Part shown: positions 1-9,699 of the stretch, piece after piece
How positions within the stretch are numbered: the stretch's first letter is position 1
Layout of the letters: each line of letters starts with the position of its first letter
Translations under genes and position numbers: made by a program
The notes under the pieces: model-generated
Seen by the model: only the letters and a program-made list of their open reading frames with translations
What the model was told of the DNA's origin: nothing
Database searches by the model: none
DNA from: a virus
Strand: one strand, 5' to 3'
IMG/VR virus record: IMGVR_UViG_3300032061_000001
Coordinates: 9,895 to 73,894 of that record
Length of the DNA stretch: 64,000 nucleotides

Positions 1-85
1 TGAGATTTATTATCTACCATATATTCAACTTGAATTGAATACCAGAATCTTCTTCCTGTTTTAAGGCATAGCCATCTGATCATAT

Positions 86-1171
86 TTATCCTTTAATTTG
101 TAGATAAGCCTGTTCCCTATCGCATTGGTAATTGACGTCTTCAATCAGCTGGGGAATCTTAAATTCCATCAACCGTTTTACACCCGGGATAATCACATCA
201 ACCAAAACATCTACATTCTTCGTTATTTCTAGTGTTGTTTGGAAGTTTTTTGCCATGCGATCCGATAGTTCTTGTGCATTTTTCAGATCCTGGATCTCTT
301 TTTCTTTCTTTGAGAGATACCCATTAGTACCGGTATACTCATCCAGCAATTTGTTTATATCGGACTTTTGCATGGATATTCTATGGAAGCTTTTATTAAG
401 TTCAATGATGGCATTTGTTATTTTTTCTTTAATTGCAGTCGTATCCCCGAATAAATGCTCATATTGTCTAAGCTTTTCCAGATCATCGTTGTGAAGTCTG
501 ATCTGTTTTTCGATGCGATCTTTGGTAGAATCGAGACGCGAATTGATCTTCTTGATGGTTTCGGTATATGCAGTTTTGAGGTAAAGGAGTTTGTCTGATT
601 CGGTAATCATCTTATTATTTTTTTTGTTGAAATGTTCTTTTATGGTCCGTATCGATATCCAAGTTACCCATCCTAAAAAAATGGACAAACTAATAGGGAA
701 TAATAAATACGAAACGATACCTTCCATATATTTTAATGCAACAAACATGGCGACCGGAGAAATTGCTAATACGGATATATCATCATAGCTGATGTTTATT
801 TGGAATGACTTTGATTTCTTCAGCCATTTCTCATATGACTCTTTTATTTTTGATTCAATGCCGGCTGCATCTGAACATTCCATGATGAGTTCATCAAATG
901 ATTCGATTTGATTTTCCATTTTTAATTTGGGTTGTTTATCGTCCAATGAATAATGTGTTCCATACGAAGAAAATCCTCTATATTTCCCATTAGATTTTAC
1001 AATCGTTTCCTCCGAACTTTTTAGGCCATATGAATAATTACATAAGTTATTGTCATATGGACTACGCGTTTTACACCAACAATGCTCACAATCATAAATA
1101 GACCGCGAGCATGAATGACATGATGCATGGTAAATAACTTCTTGACGCGGATATCCATTATTATAAGCCAT
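86..1171 (-). CDS. hypothetical membrane protein (Cys/His-rich N-terminus, two TM helices, coiled-coil C-terminus)
   Basis: 361-aa ORF; CHSC/CEHCWC cluster, two hydrophobic stretches, heptad-rich tail; AAAGGAG RBS upstream. Confidence 0.6.
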   Translation of the reverse strand: MAYNNGYPRQEVIYHASCHSCSRSIYDCEHCWCKTRSPYDNNLCNYSYGLKSSEETIVKSNGKYRGFSSYGTHYSLDDKQPKLKMENQIESFDELIMECSDAAGIESKIKESYEKWLKKSKSFQINISYDDISVLAISPVAMFVALKYMEGIVSYLLFPISLSIFLGWVTWISIRTIKEHFNKKNNKMITESDKLLYLKTAYTETIKKINSRLDSTKDRIEKQIRLHNDDLEKLRQYEHLFGDTTAIKEKITNAIIELNKSFHRISMQKSDINKLLDEYTGTNGYLSKKEKEIQDLKNAQELSDRMAKNFQTTLEITKNVDVLVDVIIPGVKRLMEFKIPQLIEDVNYQCDREQAYLQIKG

Positions 1172-1200
1172 TTATTTACTCCTTTTAATCGTTTCTCTTT

Positions 1201-1229
1201 TTTATACTTTATTAACTTATAGCTGTCAA
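1201..1229 (-). promoter_or_regulatory. sigma70-like promoter for 86..1171
   Basis: minus strand TTGACA-17 nt-TATAAA with an AATAAAGTA box like the other early promoters. Confidence 0.6.
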
Positions 1230-1317
1230 TCTTTTTCTTCTCTTAAAAATATAAATTAAAAATGGCATCAATTAAGACTGCAAGATAACTATTTATAGCT
1301 TCCTATGGGTTTATTGA

Positions 1318-1361
1318 TGAAATCTAATTATTAGCTAATAGTTAGCCAATAATAAACTAAT
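1318..1361. repeat. degenerate 11-bp tandem array (TATTAGCTAAT-type)
   Basis: tgaaatctaat/tattagctaat/agttagccaat/aataaactaat; same unit as 11429-11483. Confidence 0.6.
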
Positions 1362-1544
1362 TATTAAAATATGATCTTGACTATCTTAGCCGCGCCGTCA
1401 TTAGCATTGCGTCGTTAGATCAATTTACTTTTCTTCTACTTCGAACCTATAAAAGCTTTTAATATAACTAGATTTCCTTTTCCGCTTGATATTCTTTTGC
1501 AATATCTTTACGATAATATCTAAACAACCTAAATAGGAGACAAA

Positions 1545-2288
1545 ATGAGCATATTTAAACGATTTATGGCATGGTTTAGAAATGAAACTAAGGTTGCGCA
1601 GCTTGAAACTAAACTAATCAATTTGCAAACGAAAACAAATGAGGATTATGCGGTATTTCATAAAAAAGTTAATTCTTTGGAAATGGATCTGGAAGAAAAA
1701 ATCAAGGCTACCAAAAAGGCTGGAGAAAATACGGATCATGGAATTGACATTTGGACAAAAGAATTCAGGAAAGAATTCGAAAAACTAAGAGAGCGGATTG
1801 GTAAAAATGAACTTATGCATGTCGAAGTCAATAAGAGCGCCCAAGATACATATGCTCGTTCGATGGCATCAATAACGGCTCAAGTATCTTCTTTTTCTCA
1901 ATATGCGCTGGAATTAATAGAGCGAATAGTTAGCGCTAAATATTCACCGGTTTCCGAACAACAGGCAAATCTTGAATTTGGGAAGGAAGACGATAAAGCG
2001 GATTATGGGGAAGTTGATGCATTTTTAGATGAATTAGCCAACGCAGAAGATGATGATACTCCCCCTATGTTTAGAATTAAAATAAACGGTGAACAGAACA
2101 CTTGGATCGGTAAAAAGATATTCTACGATGACATCGTTCAAAATGTTTTCGGACCTTCCTGGGAACAAAACAACGTTAAATACTCAGTATTCTGGAAGGA
2201 TGCAAAGAAAGCACATAGTAGCGAGATCTTTAAGGGAGAATCAGTAAGCGTGAAAGATGGTCTTGAATTTTTCGTGTTGCTGAGATAG
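1545..2288 (+). CDS. coiled-coil protein with C-terminal ubiquitin-like (Multi_ubiq-type beta-grasp) domain
   Basis: C-terminal FRIKINGEQ...IFYDDIV...YSVFW...GESVSVKDGLEFFV fits the multi-ubiquitin domain pattern; AGGAG RBS. Confidence 0.6.
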   Translation: MSIFKRFMAWFRNETKVAQLETKLINLQTKTNEDYAVFHKKVNSLEMDLEEKIKATKKAGENTDHGIDIWTKEFRKEFEKLRERIGKNELMHVEVNKSAQDTYARSMASITAQVSSFSQYALELIERIVSAKYSPVSEQQANLEFGKEDDKADYGEVDAFLDELANAEDDDTPPMFRIKINGEQNTWIGKKIFYDDIVQNVFGPSWEQNNVKYSVFWKDAKKAHSSEIFKGESVSVKDGLEFFVLLR

Positions 2289-2328
2289 TAACTGGCGGCT
2301 AAGATGTTTAATATCTTGTGGAGGGAAT

Positions 2329-2685
2329 ATGGCAGACGTTAAAAGCATCGCTCTGGTGATCTTGAGAAAAAGAAGAATGGACGTTAATACTGATACCATT
2401 GATGAGATGATTACCGAACTTGAATCATGCATGAAAGGAAGGAAGGTGCAGATCCTTTTGATCCTGGAGAAAGAAATCAGGTTGACAGCTCAAGAGTTGG
2501 CCAATGCAATGAAGATTCTTGATACTAACCTGGCTGTTTTAACCAACCGTCTAAAAAGGAATCTATTGATCGATAAATATGATGAATCGGATTTCAAATC
2601 AGGGGATGACCCGATTAATTTGAAACCGATTTATCATTCAATTACCGATCTCGGAAGGCAGCTGATCACCGATTTAGGGAAATAG
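2329..2685 (+). CDS. winged-helix (MarR-like) DNA-binding protein
   Basis: QILLILE..LTAQELANAM..LTNRLKRNLLI..YHSITDLGRQL pattern. Confidence 0.65.
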   Translation: MADVKSIALVILRKRRMDVNTDTIDEMITELESCMKGRKVQILLILEKEIRLTAQELANAMKILDTNLAVLTNRLKRNLLIDKYDESDFKSGDDPINLKPIYHSITDLGRQLITDLGK

Positions 2686-2690
2686 ACGCC

Positions 2691-2999
2691 TTATTTTACG
2701 ATAACCTTCTTTATCTCTTCTTTGGAGAATTTCCTTATTTCATCCGGGGTTGGTAGATGAATATAGAATGACTGTTTTGGGGCTATTTTTTCAACCTTCT
2801 CGGAAAGCATATCAATTTGGGATTGGAGATCCGCTTTGGATTTAATTTCTTCAAGCTCCGGTTTCGTCCCAAAATGAAATGCTTTTACCTCATTACCCAA
2901 TACTTCCTGAGTGTTCATCACATTCTCAATTTGTTTCAGATAGTCCGCCATTGGTGTGAATTCACCGAATGTACCATTTCTAAACTCTGTCATTCCCAT
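2691..2999 (-). CDS. hypothetical protein
   Basis: 102-aa ORF with GGAGG RBS, last gene of the minus-strand operon. Confidence 0.6.
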   Translation of the reverse strand: MGMTEFRNGTFGEFTPMADYLKQIENVMNTQEVLGNEVKAFHFGTKPELEEIKSKADLQSQIDMLSEKVEKIAPKQSFYIHLPTPDEIRKFSKEEIKKVIVK

Positions 3000-3009
3000 C
3001 TTTTCCTCC

Positions 3010-3267
3010 TTATTGGAATTTTGAACGGACGAGCGCTATTGTTTTTTCCAGTTCTCTTATGATTACTTCTTTTGAAGTTGTTGTGAATCCACCTTTTGTT
3101 ATTCTAATACCAGATTTTTGATGTTTTATTTCTATTTCTGAAATATAAATATCATCCGAATGATCCCGGCAATTATGACATAACCAGTTATCGTTTTGAT
3201 GGGTCGATTTTACTACCGTCCTACAGTTTTTACATTGTATTTCATAGCTCAATTCTTTGCTATTCAT
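3010..3267 (-). CDS. small Zn-ribbon protein
   Basis: CKNC..CHNC; start reset to MNSKELS behind AAAGGAGACG. Confidence 0.55.
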   Translation of the reverse strand: MNSKELSYEIQCKNCRTVVKSTHQNDNWLCHNCRDHSDDIYISEIEIKHQKSGIRITKGGFTTTSKEVIIRELEKTIALVRSKFQ

Positions 3268-3280
3268 TTCCGTCTCCTTT

Positions 3281-4018
3281 TTAGTATCCAAATGGACCTC
3301 CTTTTTTACCTCTGCCCCGGCCATTTAAAAAATCTTTCATAAGGTCATTAAAGGAAGAGGCATTACCCCTTCCAAATGGATCATATCTATTCAGACCGCC
3401 AAGATTTGGCCATGAATCATCTTTGGGTTTTTCTTTTTCTGCGGGATAATCTTTCTTGATAACGTCAAATGCTTTCTTATGAACCAGCAATTCTAATTCG
3501 AGCTGCTGAAGAGATGTGCTTGATAGTTTTGTTTTAAGCTCTTTTATTTCATCATCGATCGCAAGTTCGAGGTGAACCATTCCCTTTCTTACCTTTTTCT
3601 GTTTTATCGAATACAATTCTTTGATTCTGGAATTGATATTCTTTATTCGATTCTGCTCTTTTTCTTTCTCGAATTCCAGCTTCTCGATAACATCTCCTAA
3701 AGCATCTTTGGCAATGCAAAACATTTCGTCTACATTACACCTTGTCTTCAGAATTCCTCTGAAAACCTCATTCACTTTGGCATGTGCTCGTTGATCAATA
3801 TTGACATTCGAAGCGATCCCGGTTTCGTCATAAAATGCTCTTTTCTTAGCATCTCCAAGAATCGAATAGGCTTCATTGATAGCTGCCTGTCTTTGTTCGG
3901 AATCCTTTTCCAGGGATTTATCCGGATGGTTTTCTTTGGAAAGAATTCGATAAGCCTTTTTGATCTCTTCTTGGCTTGCCGTTTCTTCTACCCCTAAAGT
4001 TTGGTAATATGGTTTCAT
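3281..4018 (-). CDS. J-domain (DnaJ-like) protein with coiled coil
   Basis: PYYQTLGV..EIKKAYR..HPDK..INEAYSILGD..RAFYD. Confidence 0.9.
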   Translation of the reverse strand: MKPYYQTLGVEETASQEEIKKAYRILSKENHPDKSLEKDSEQRQAAINEAYSILGDAKKRAFYDETGIASNVNIDQRAHAKVNEVFRGILKTRCNVDEMFCIAKDALGDVIEKLEFEKEKEQNRIKNINSRIKELYSIKQKKVRKGMVHLELAIDDEIKELKTKLSSTSLQQLELELLVHKKAFDVIKKDYPAEKEKPKDDSWPNLGGLNRYDPFGRGNASSFNDLMKDFLNGRGRGKKGGPFGY

Positions 4019-4368
4019 TGAAGCTCTCTCCTCTTACCCACTATTTCTTTTGCCATCTGTCTTGCCCCGCTTAAAACGATTATATGAAAAAGATACGCTC
4101 CTCCAAGCCAAAAATAGCTATTATAAATGAACGAAAAAACAACCCCGATATCAAATGAGATATCAAACCAATTTGGCACAGTAGGATTAATTAACTTATC
4201 CGCTATCGATTCAATAAAAGATTTTCTGAGAAAAAAAATTGATGTGGCCGCCGTAAACCATCCTATGAACAATGCTACATTCAGATATCCATCTATCTTT
4301 TCCCATAAGCCATAATAAATCGAAACGGCAAATATGCCATTAAGTAAAAAATATCTAAGCGTTTTCAT
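4015..4368 (-). CDS. small multi-pass membrane protein
   Basis: four hydrophobic segments; RBS AAAGGGGACG. Confidence 0.6.
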   Translation of the reverse strand: MKTLRYFLLNGIFAVSIYYGLWEKIDGYLNVALFIGWFTAATSIFFLRKSFIESIADKLINPTVPNWFDISFDIGVVFSFIYNSYFWLGGAYLFHIIVLSGARQMAKEIVGKRRELQ

Positions 4369-4386
4369 TCGTCCCCTTTTTAACTG

Positions 4387-4569
4387 TTAAATTGGTACCA
4401 CTTTATAACGTATGAAGGTTGCCGTTATCAGATAACCAAAGGCAATGGAATAGATTATCTCATTATCATCCGGCATTCTCATGATTTTGCCCTTTCTTGT
4501 TATAACGATGGTCAAGATAAAGAAAGTGAAAGTGACCCAATAGAAATATATTAAGAATAAAGTTCTCAA
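4387..4569 (-). CDS. small membrane protein
   Basis: two hydrophobic segments; GAGGA RBS before TTG. Confidence 0.45.
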   Translation of the reverse strand: MRTLFLIYFYWVTFTFFILTIVITRKGKIMRMPDDNEIIYSIAFGYLITATFIRYKVVPI

Positions 4570-4584
4570 TCGGATCCTCTTTAG

Positions 4585-5055
4585 CTAATAGCCCTTTGAA
4601 GATTGAATGGATGGGAATGTTGATCCCCAAAGTTGGTCCGATACTTCCGCAACCGGTTTCCAAAGTTTGGTATGATAGGCGAACGTCTCCGGTCCTAGAA
4701 CATCGTTTTCATATTCGGCAACGAAACAATCCACCAGATAATTCCATCTCGCGAAGAAAAATCCTTTGCCATTATGCAGCCCGACGACAATTTCCATTAA
4801 AATGGATACTTCTTTATTGTCTGGATCCTGGAATTCTTTCCCGGGCTGTTCGTCTTTCAATAATTTCCATGGGCCTTGGATCTTTAGTTTTGATGCTGCG
4901 CATTGACATTGATTCCATCCGCCATAAAGGATTTCATCGGCTGCTCGTTTGCACATGAAATCAGCTGCATTTGCTTTTTTCATTCTTTCTTCTTCTCGTT
5001 TTGCGGCTTCTTCAACACCTTTGCAGGTACATTTCAGTTTTGGTTCTTTTGCCAT
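4585..5055 (-). CDS. hypothetical protein
   Basis: 156-aa ORF tightly packed in the operon. Confidence 0.55.
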   Translation of the reverse strand: MAKEPKLKCTCKGVEEAAKREEERMKKANAADFMCKRAADEILYGGWNQCQCAASKLKIQGPWKLLKDEQPGKEFQDPDNKEVSILMEIVVGLHNGKGFFFARWNYLVDCFVAEYENDVLGPETFAYHTKLWKPVAEVSDQLWGSTFPSIQSSKGY

Positions 5056-5058
5056 TGT

Positions 5059-5373
5059 TTATCCTTGGATTGAGAGTTCGATTCGTGCTTGTTCATTAGC
5101 CTCAGCCAGTTCAGATTTCTTATTAGCAATATGAGCTTTGATCACCGATTCAGCCAAGGAAGGATTCACTTTGAATAATCTATGCCCATTATCGCCCATT
5201 GGAATTCCAAATTCAAAGTCCTTCCTTCTCCCGAATGCATCCGACAATGATGGAGCGTTTTTATCAATGCCGTTCTTCTTCTTTATCTCTTGAAGTTCAT
5301 TCAAAAGATTTTCTGCTGTTTCGATTTCTCGATATGCATTCCAAATCTTTGCGGCCGTGTCTCTTGTAATCAT
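5059..5373 (-). CDS. hypothetical phage protein
   Basis: 104-aa ORF overlapping the upstream stop; AAGGAG RBS. Confidence 0.6.
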   Translation of the reverse strand: MITRDTAAKIWNAYREIETAENLLNELQEIKKKNGIDKNAPSLSDAFGRRKDFEFGIPMGDNGHRLFKVNPSLAESVIKAHIANKKSELAEANEQARIELSIQG

Positions 5374-6044
5374 TCCATCTCCTTTAATGTGTTTTTAAAA
5401 TTTTCAATCTCTTCATCGAGCAAAAGAGCGATCGTGTAGTCGGGAAAATATGCACAATTCCCACTATTGGTATCAACAAAGTTATCCAAAGCTTCTTGCA
5501 GTTTATCAATTCCGTCAACCTTCCAATCATGCTCAGTACCCAATCTATCTATATCATTTTCATAGATTGCCCATGCATCCTTTGGTTTGATGTATGGCTC
5601 AAATTTGGTAGCCCACACATATTTTGGATATGAATCAAAATCATTTCCGAATTCTTCAAATTGTTCATCGAGATAATCCGATATCTCCGCTTGATAATTG
5701 TCTCCATCGAAGAATTGGTCTCCTTCCCAATCTGAGAATTTTATCTTCTTGGCTTTCTCAAATCTGGATTTATTATGCCCTAATTCTATCCAATTCCAGA
5801 CCCGCCTTTGTTCATCCTCTGTAAAATAAGCATGGTGGCCAGTGACATAAAATCCAGATAGCCCACAGAATAAATTCCCGGTTTTCTTACATCTCAACAA
5901 CTGTTTTGACTCGTTTCCGATATTCCTAACTATTACCGGACTCCCATCCTCAAAGAATAGAAAATCATATTGATCTGCCATCCTCTGTTTTAATGTTTCC
6001 TGAAGATCTTCCGGGATACCGGGTATTTTGAATTCTTTATCCAT
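5370..6044 (-). CDS. hypothetical acidic protein
   Basis: 224-aa ORF behind AAAGGAGACG. Confidence 0.65.
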   Translation of the reverse strand: MDKEFKIPGIPEDLQETLKQRMADQYDFLFFEDGSPVIVRNIGNESKQLLRCKKTGNLFCGLSGFYVTGHHAYFTEDEQRRVWNWIELGHNKSRFEKAKKIKFSDWEGDQFFDGDNYQAEISDYLDEQFEEFGNDFDSYPKYVWATKFEPYIKPKDAWAIYENDIDRLGTEHDWKVDGIDKLQEALDNFVDTNSGNCAYFPDYTIALLLDEEIENFKNTLKEME

Positions 6045-6056
6045 TTATCGTCTCCT

Positions 6057-6227
6057 TTATTTGTAGAATGTTTTAAAACCGGATCCTTTCCAAGTTTTTT
6101 GATTATGCCTCATAGGGCCGATGAGTTTTATTTCTGCTTTTTCGAGATCTTCCTTATCAATCTTCGTTACTTTACCTCCTGCTTTAAAATATTCTTCTTT
6201 TGCTTTTTGGATTTCTTCGTTAGTCAA
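6057..6227 (-). CDS. small SutA-like (RNAP-binding motif) protein
   Basis: EIQKAKEEYFKAGGKVTKI resembles the SutA EEFL.RGGKV motif; probable TTG start at 6227 after GAGG. Confidence 0.5.
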   Translation of the reverse strand: MTNEEIQKAKEEYFKAGGKVTKIDKEDLEKAEIKLIGPMRHNQKTWKGSGFKTFYK

Positions 6228-7437
6228 GGTTAACCTCATCAAATATTGTCACTTGGTTTAGCGTATGCTCTACCCGGTTGATTGTCATATCCAAATATTT
6301 TGGATTGATATCAATACCAATATAATTTCTCCCCAATTCCCGGGCGACAAGTCCGGTTGTTCCGGATCCGTTAAATGGATCCAAAACAATATCCCTTTCC
6401 CGGGTACTCGCTTTGATGCAAATTTTTGGTAATTCCGGTGGAAAAGTTGCAAAATGCGCTTCTTTAAATGGTTTGGATGATATTCCCCATACATCCGGTA
6501 TTGTCTTCAGATATTCATCAAGCAGATCCGGATATGCAGTCGATAACCATTGAATTAGGGAATTATGATCTTCGACTGTCCAAACCGATCGCTTGTTTCT
6601 GGTACCTGAATATTTGATATCTTCCCTGTCTTCTCTATGTTGTTTTGGTGATCCTGGTTTTCCTTCCTCGGCCGTCTTTCTACTAAAAGAATAAGCTGAA
6701 TTATTATATCTTCCTTCTTTTTTATCGTGTCCCCCAGGTCCCGAATCCCACCCGGCCGGTATTTTTTTTATGCGGGGCCTATTTCTTTCATCGGCATCAG
6801 AGCCATATCCAAAACCGACGCCGGTGCCTCTATTTTGATTATCAATCATCCATTGGGCTTGCTCTTTGATCGCTTCACTATCGAAATAATATTTTGCTTT
6901 TTTTGTCAGAAGAAAAATATACTCGTGTGACTTCGTGCAACGATCCTTTACTGATTCAGGCATTGGCGATGGTTTTGACCAAATGATATCTTGCCTTAGA
7001 TAATAACCTGATTCTTGGAGGGCGAACGCAATTCTCCACGGGATCCCGAGAAGTTCTTTTCTTTTCATTCCTAGTTTACCTGGTGTTCGATATGAATTTC
7101 CGGCGCATCCTTTGTTCGTTTTGTTTTTACCGGAAAGTTTATCACCACCATTATTACTGGAATACGTATCTCCGAGATTCATCCAAACCACTCCGTCATC
7201 TCTTAATACCCGGGAAACTTCATTGAAAATATCAACCATTTTCAGGACATAATCATGAAAATGCTTTTCTAGACCGATTTGACCTTTCACTCCATAATCT
7301 CTCAATCCCCAATAAGGTGGAGAAGTAACGACGCACTGGACAGATCCGGAATCAAGCGTCTTTAATCCTTCGAGTGCATCAGCCAAAATTAATCTGAATC
7401 CATTGTTTGAATAATAATCAGTCAAAATTGACCTCAT
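6220..7437 (-). CDS. DNA methyltransferase, N4-C/N6-A beta class
   Basis: VTSPPYW catalytic motif, HFATFP, VLDPFNGSGTT SAM-binding motif; real start ATG 7437 or TTG 7425. Confidence 0.95.
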   Translation of the reverse strand: MRSILTDYYSNNGFRLILADALEGLKTLDSGSVQCVVTSPPYWGLRDYGVKGQIGLEKHFHDYVLKMVDIFNEVSRVLRDDGVVWMNLGDTYSSNNGGDKLSGKNKTNKGCAGNSYRTPGKLGMKRKELLGIPWRIAFALQESGYYLRQDIIWSKPSPMPESVKDRCTKSHEYIFLLTKKAKYYFDSEAIKEQAQWMIDNQNRGTGVGFGYGSDADERNRPRIKKIPAGWDSGPGGHDKKEGRYNNSAYSFSRKTAEEGKPGSPKQHREDREDIKYSGTRNKRSVWTVEDHNSLIQWLSTAYPDLLDEYLKTIPDVWGISSKPFKEAHFATFPPELPKICIKASTRERDIVLDPFNGSGTTGLVARELGRNYIGIDINPKYLDMTINRVEHTLNQVTIFDEVNLD

Positions 7438-7621
7438 CTTCAAGATTATAATCAAAATCACCATCAATATCTTCACGATACCCTTGTTCACAATATTTAC
7501 AATCACAATCCTTCTCATGATAATCCTCAATATCATTACTACCACAATAGGGGCAAAGATCCGATCTGAAGCTCCAGATTGAGGAACAATCGCTGCAAAC
7601 TTTTTTATGGGTATAGGGCAT
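7418..7621 (-). CDS. small Cys-rich Zn-finger protein
   Basis: CSDC, CPYC, CDCKYC; AAAGGAGACG RBS. Confidence 0.65.
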   Translation of the reverse strand: MPYTHKKVCSDCSSIWSFRSDLCPYCGSNDIEDYHEKDCDCKYCEQGYREDIDGDFDYNLEDEVNFD

Positions 7622-7635
7622 GGTTCGTCTCCTTT

Positions 7636-9000
7636 TTAAGGTCTTTGTGGTGGTTCCAGTTTTGAAAGACTGGCGAATTTTGTATATTTCCCGGAAAATG
7701 CAAGTTCAATCATTCCAAGAGGTCCATTACGATGTTTACCGATGATGATTTCAGCTGTACCTTTTTTGTCGGTATCCGGATTGTAAATCTCATCTCGATA
7801 GATAAATAGAATAAGGTCCGCATCTTGTTCGATCGACCCAGATTCTCTTAAATCAGAAAGCCTTGGGCGTTTGTCAGTCCTATTTTCAAGTTGCCGGTTC
7901 AGTTGAGAAAGAGCAATTACAGGAACTTTTAATTCCTTCGCCAACTGCTTTGCTCCTCTTGATATTTCACTTATTTCTTGTTCCCTATTTCCAGCCTTTG
8001 ATCCACCTTTCATTAATTGTAAATAATCGATGACGATAATAGAAACGCCATGTTGGAATTCCCGATTCAATTTTTTTGATATAGCTCTTACTTCGGCAAT
8101 GGATAAGGGGTCATCGTTTATATAGATAGGTGCTACTGACAATCTGTCCGTTGCCCCTGCAAGTCCATCCCAATCATCGTGATCAAAATTACCAGATCTG
8201 AATTTTTTTGAATCTACTCTTGATTCAGATGTTAACATGCGAACGGTAACTTGTTCTGTTGACATTTCCATACTGAAAATTAAAACGGCTCCTCTGAAAT
8301 CAGATCGTGTTGCCACATAAGTGCCAATATTGAGTGACAAAGCTGTTTTCCCCATAGATGGCCTAGCAGCAATTATGATCAAATCTGAAGGTTGAAGTCC
8401 GGACGTAATTCTGTCCAGATCCATATATCCAGTAGGGATCCCGGTAATCTCACTTTTGTTTTTTGATATCTCTTCCAGCCTGTCGAATGTTCTAATGCAA
8501 GCATCCTTCATTACGACATAATCTTTTTTGACAGCCTTATTTCTTATCTGGAACAGTTTTTCATCGGCCTCATTTAGTAATTCTGCGATGCTCTGTTCTG
8601 GATCCCTTCCTTTTCTGCTAATGTCAGCTGCAGTTGTAATTAAATCCCTTAAAAGTCCGTCCTCCTGGATTATTCTTGCATAAAAAACAATATTGCCTGC
8701 AACCGGAGAACAATCGGTTAATTCTGCAAGATATGCATACCCACCAATCTCCTCTAACTTTCCATATTCATTCAATTTATCACCGAGCAATATCTCGTCT
8801 ATCGGACTTGATATTGCTTCCAGTTCAAGCACTGCCCGATAAATATGCTTATGACCTTCAGTATGAAAGTCTGAAATATTGAGAATTCCGATTATATCAT
8901 TTAGTAAACTATTTTCCGTTATTATGGCACCTAACACGGCTTGTTCTGCCTCGAAGTCGTGAGGTATTGTCATTACAGACTTATTTTCTTTAATCGTCAT
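7636..9000 (-). CDS. dnaB: replicative DNA helicase DnaB
   Basis: PHDFEAEQAVLG, AARPSMGKT, FSMEM, IDYLQL, LSQLNR, DLRESGSIEQDAD, KHRNG. Confidence 0.98.
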   Translation of the reverse strand: MTIKENKSVMTIPHDFEAEQAVLGAIITENSLLNDIIGILNISDFHTEGHKHIYRAVLELEAISSPIDEILLGDKLNEYGKLEEIGGYAYLAELTDCSPVAGNIVFYARIIQEDGLLRDLITTAADISRKGRDPEQSIAELLNEADEKLFQIRNKAVKKDYVVMKDACIRTFDRLEEISKNKSEITGIPTGYMDLDRITSGLQPSDLIIIAARPSMGKTALSLNIGTYVATRSDFRGAVLIFSMEMSTEQVTVRMLTSESRVDSKKFRSGNFDHDDWDGLAGATDRLSVAPIYINDDPLSIAEVRAISKKLNREFQHGVSIIVIDYLQLMKGGSKAGNREQEISEISRGAKQLAKELKVPVIALSQLNRQLENRTDKRPRLSDLRESGSIEQDADLILFIYRDEIYNPDTDKKGTAEIIIGKHRNGPLGMIELAFSGKYTKFASLSKLEPPQRP

Positions 9001-9004
9001 ATTG

Positions 9005-9697
9005 TCAAAAGGATAACTGATTTTGAGCTTGTTTCAATCTTTTCCCTGAAAATTCAAAAAATTGATTTTCTTTTTCAATTCCTGTAAATTTTCTATTAAA
9101 TCGAATGGCGGCTTCACCTGTTGTTCCGGAACCCATAAAAGGGTCAAGTATTGATTCTCCTTCTTTGGTATAGTTTGCTATTATCAATTCCATGAGAGGC
9201 AGAGGCTTTTGATTCGGATGAACTCGTTTTTCTTTAAACCTCATATTCCCCTGTAACATACCATTCCATCGATATTTAAATATTCTTACAGCAGTTTTAA
9301 AAGAGGTCCATGCTAGTTCACAATCTGCAAAATCAGAGTCTCCATTTTCTTTATCCCAGACAATCCAACAACTGGAAGCATATAAAAGATCAGCAAAATA
9401 ATTGCCACCGAATATTATTTGATTTTTGGAAACCCTTAACATTTCATCAAAATAAATTGGTTCTGGTCTTTTATCGTCCCATGTCATATTTCCAAAATCC
9501 GTTGATGGTACACCTACTCCTGTCGTATTTCTTGTTTCTTTCCATTTGTTAGAATCGGCAGTGCTTCCTCTTGTTTTATTTTTACCCGCGGCTTCTCCTA
9601 TCCCGTAAGGAGGGTCAGTCACGACATAATCAAATTGATTATCTTTGAATTGTTTTAGATAATCCAAGCAGTCACCTTGATATATTTCTATTGACAT
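9005..9697 (-). CDS. DNA methyltransferase (N6-A/N4-C, beta class)
   Basis: VTDPPYG, HPNQKP, ILDPFMGSGTT. Confidence 0.95.
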   Translation of the reverse strand: MSIEIYQGDCLDYLKQFKDNQFDYVVTDPPYGIGEAAGKNKTRGSTADSNKWKETRNTTGVGVPSTDFGNMTWDDKRPEPIYFDEMLRVSKNQIIFGGNYFADLLYASSCWIVWDKENGDSDFADCELAWTSFKTAVRIFKYRWNGMLQGNMRFKEKRVHPNQKPLPLMELIIANYTKEGESILDPFMGSGTTGEAAIRFNRKFTGIEKENQFFEFSGKRLKQAQNQLSF

Positions 9698-9699
9698 AA

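Noticed and set aside
6220-9697. Restriction-modification system
   Set aside because: No cognate endonuclease is adjacent; orphan methyltransferases are common in phages.
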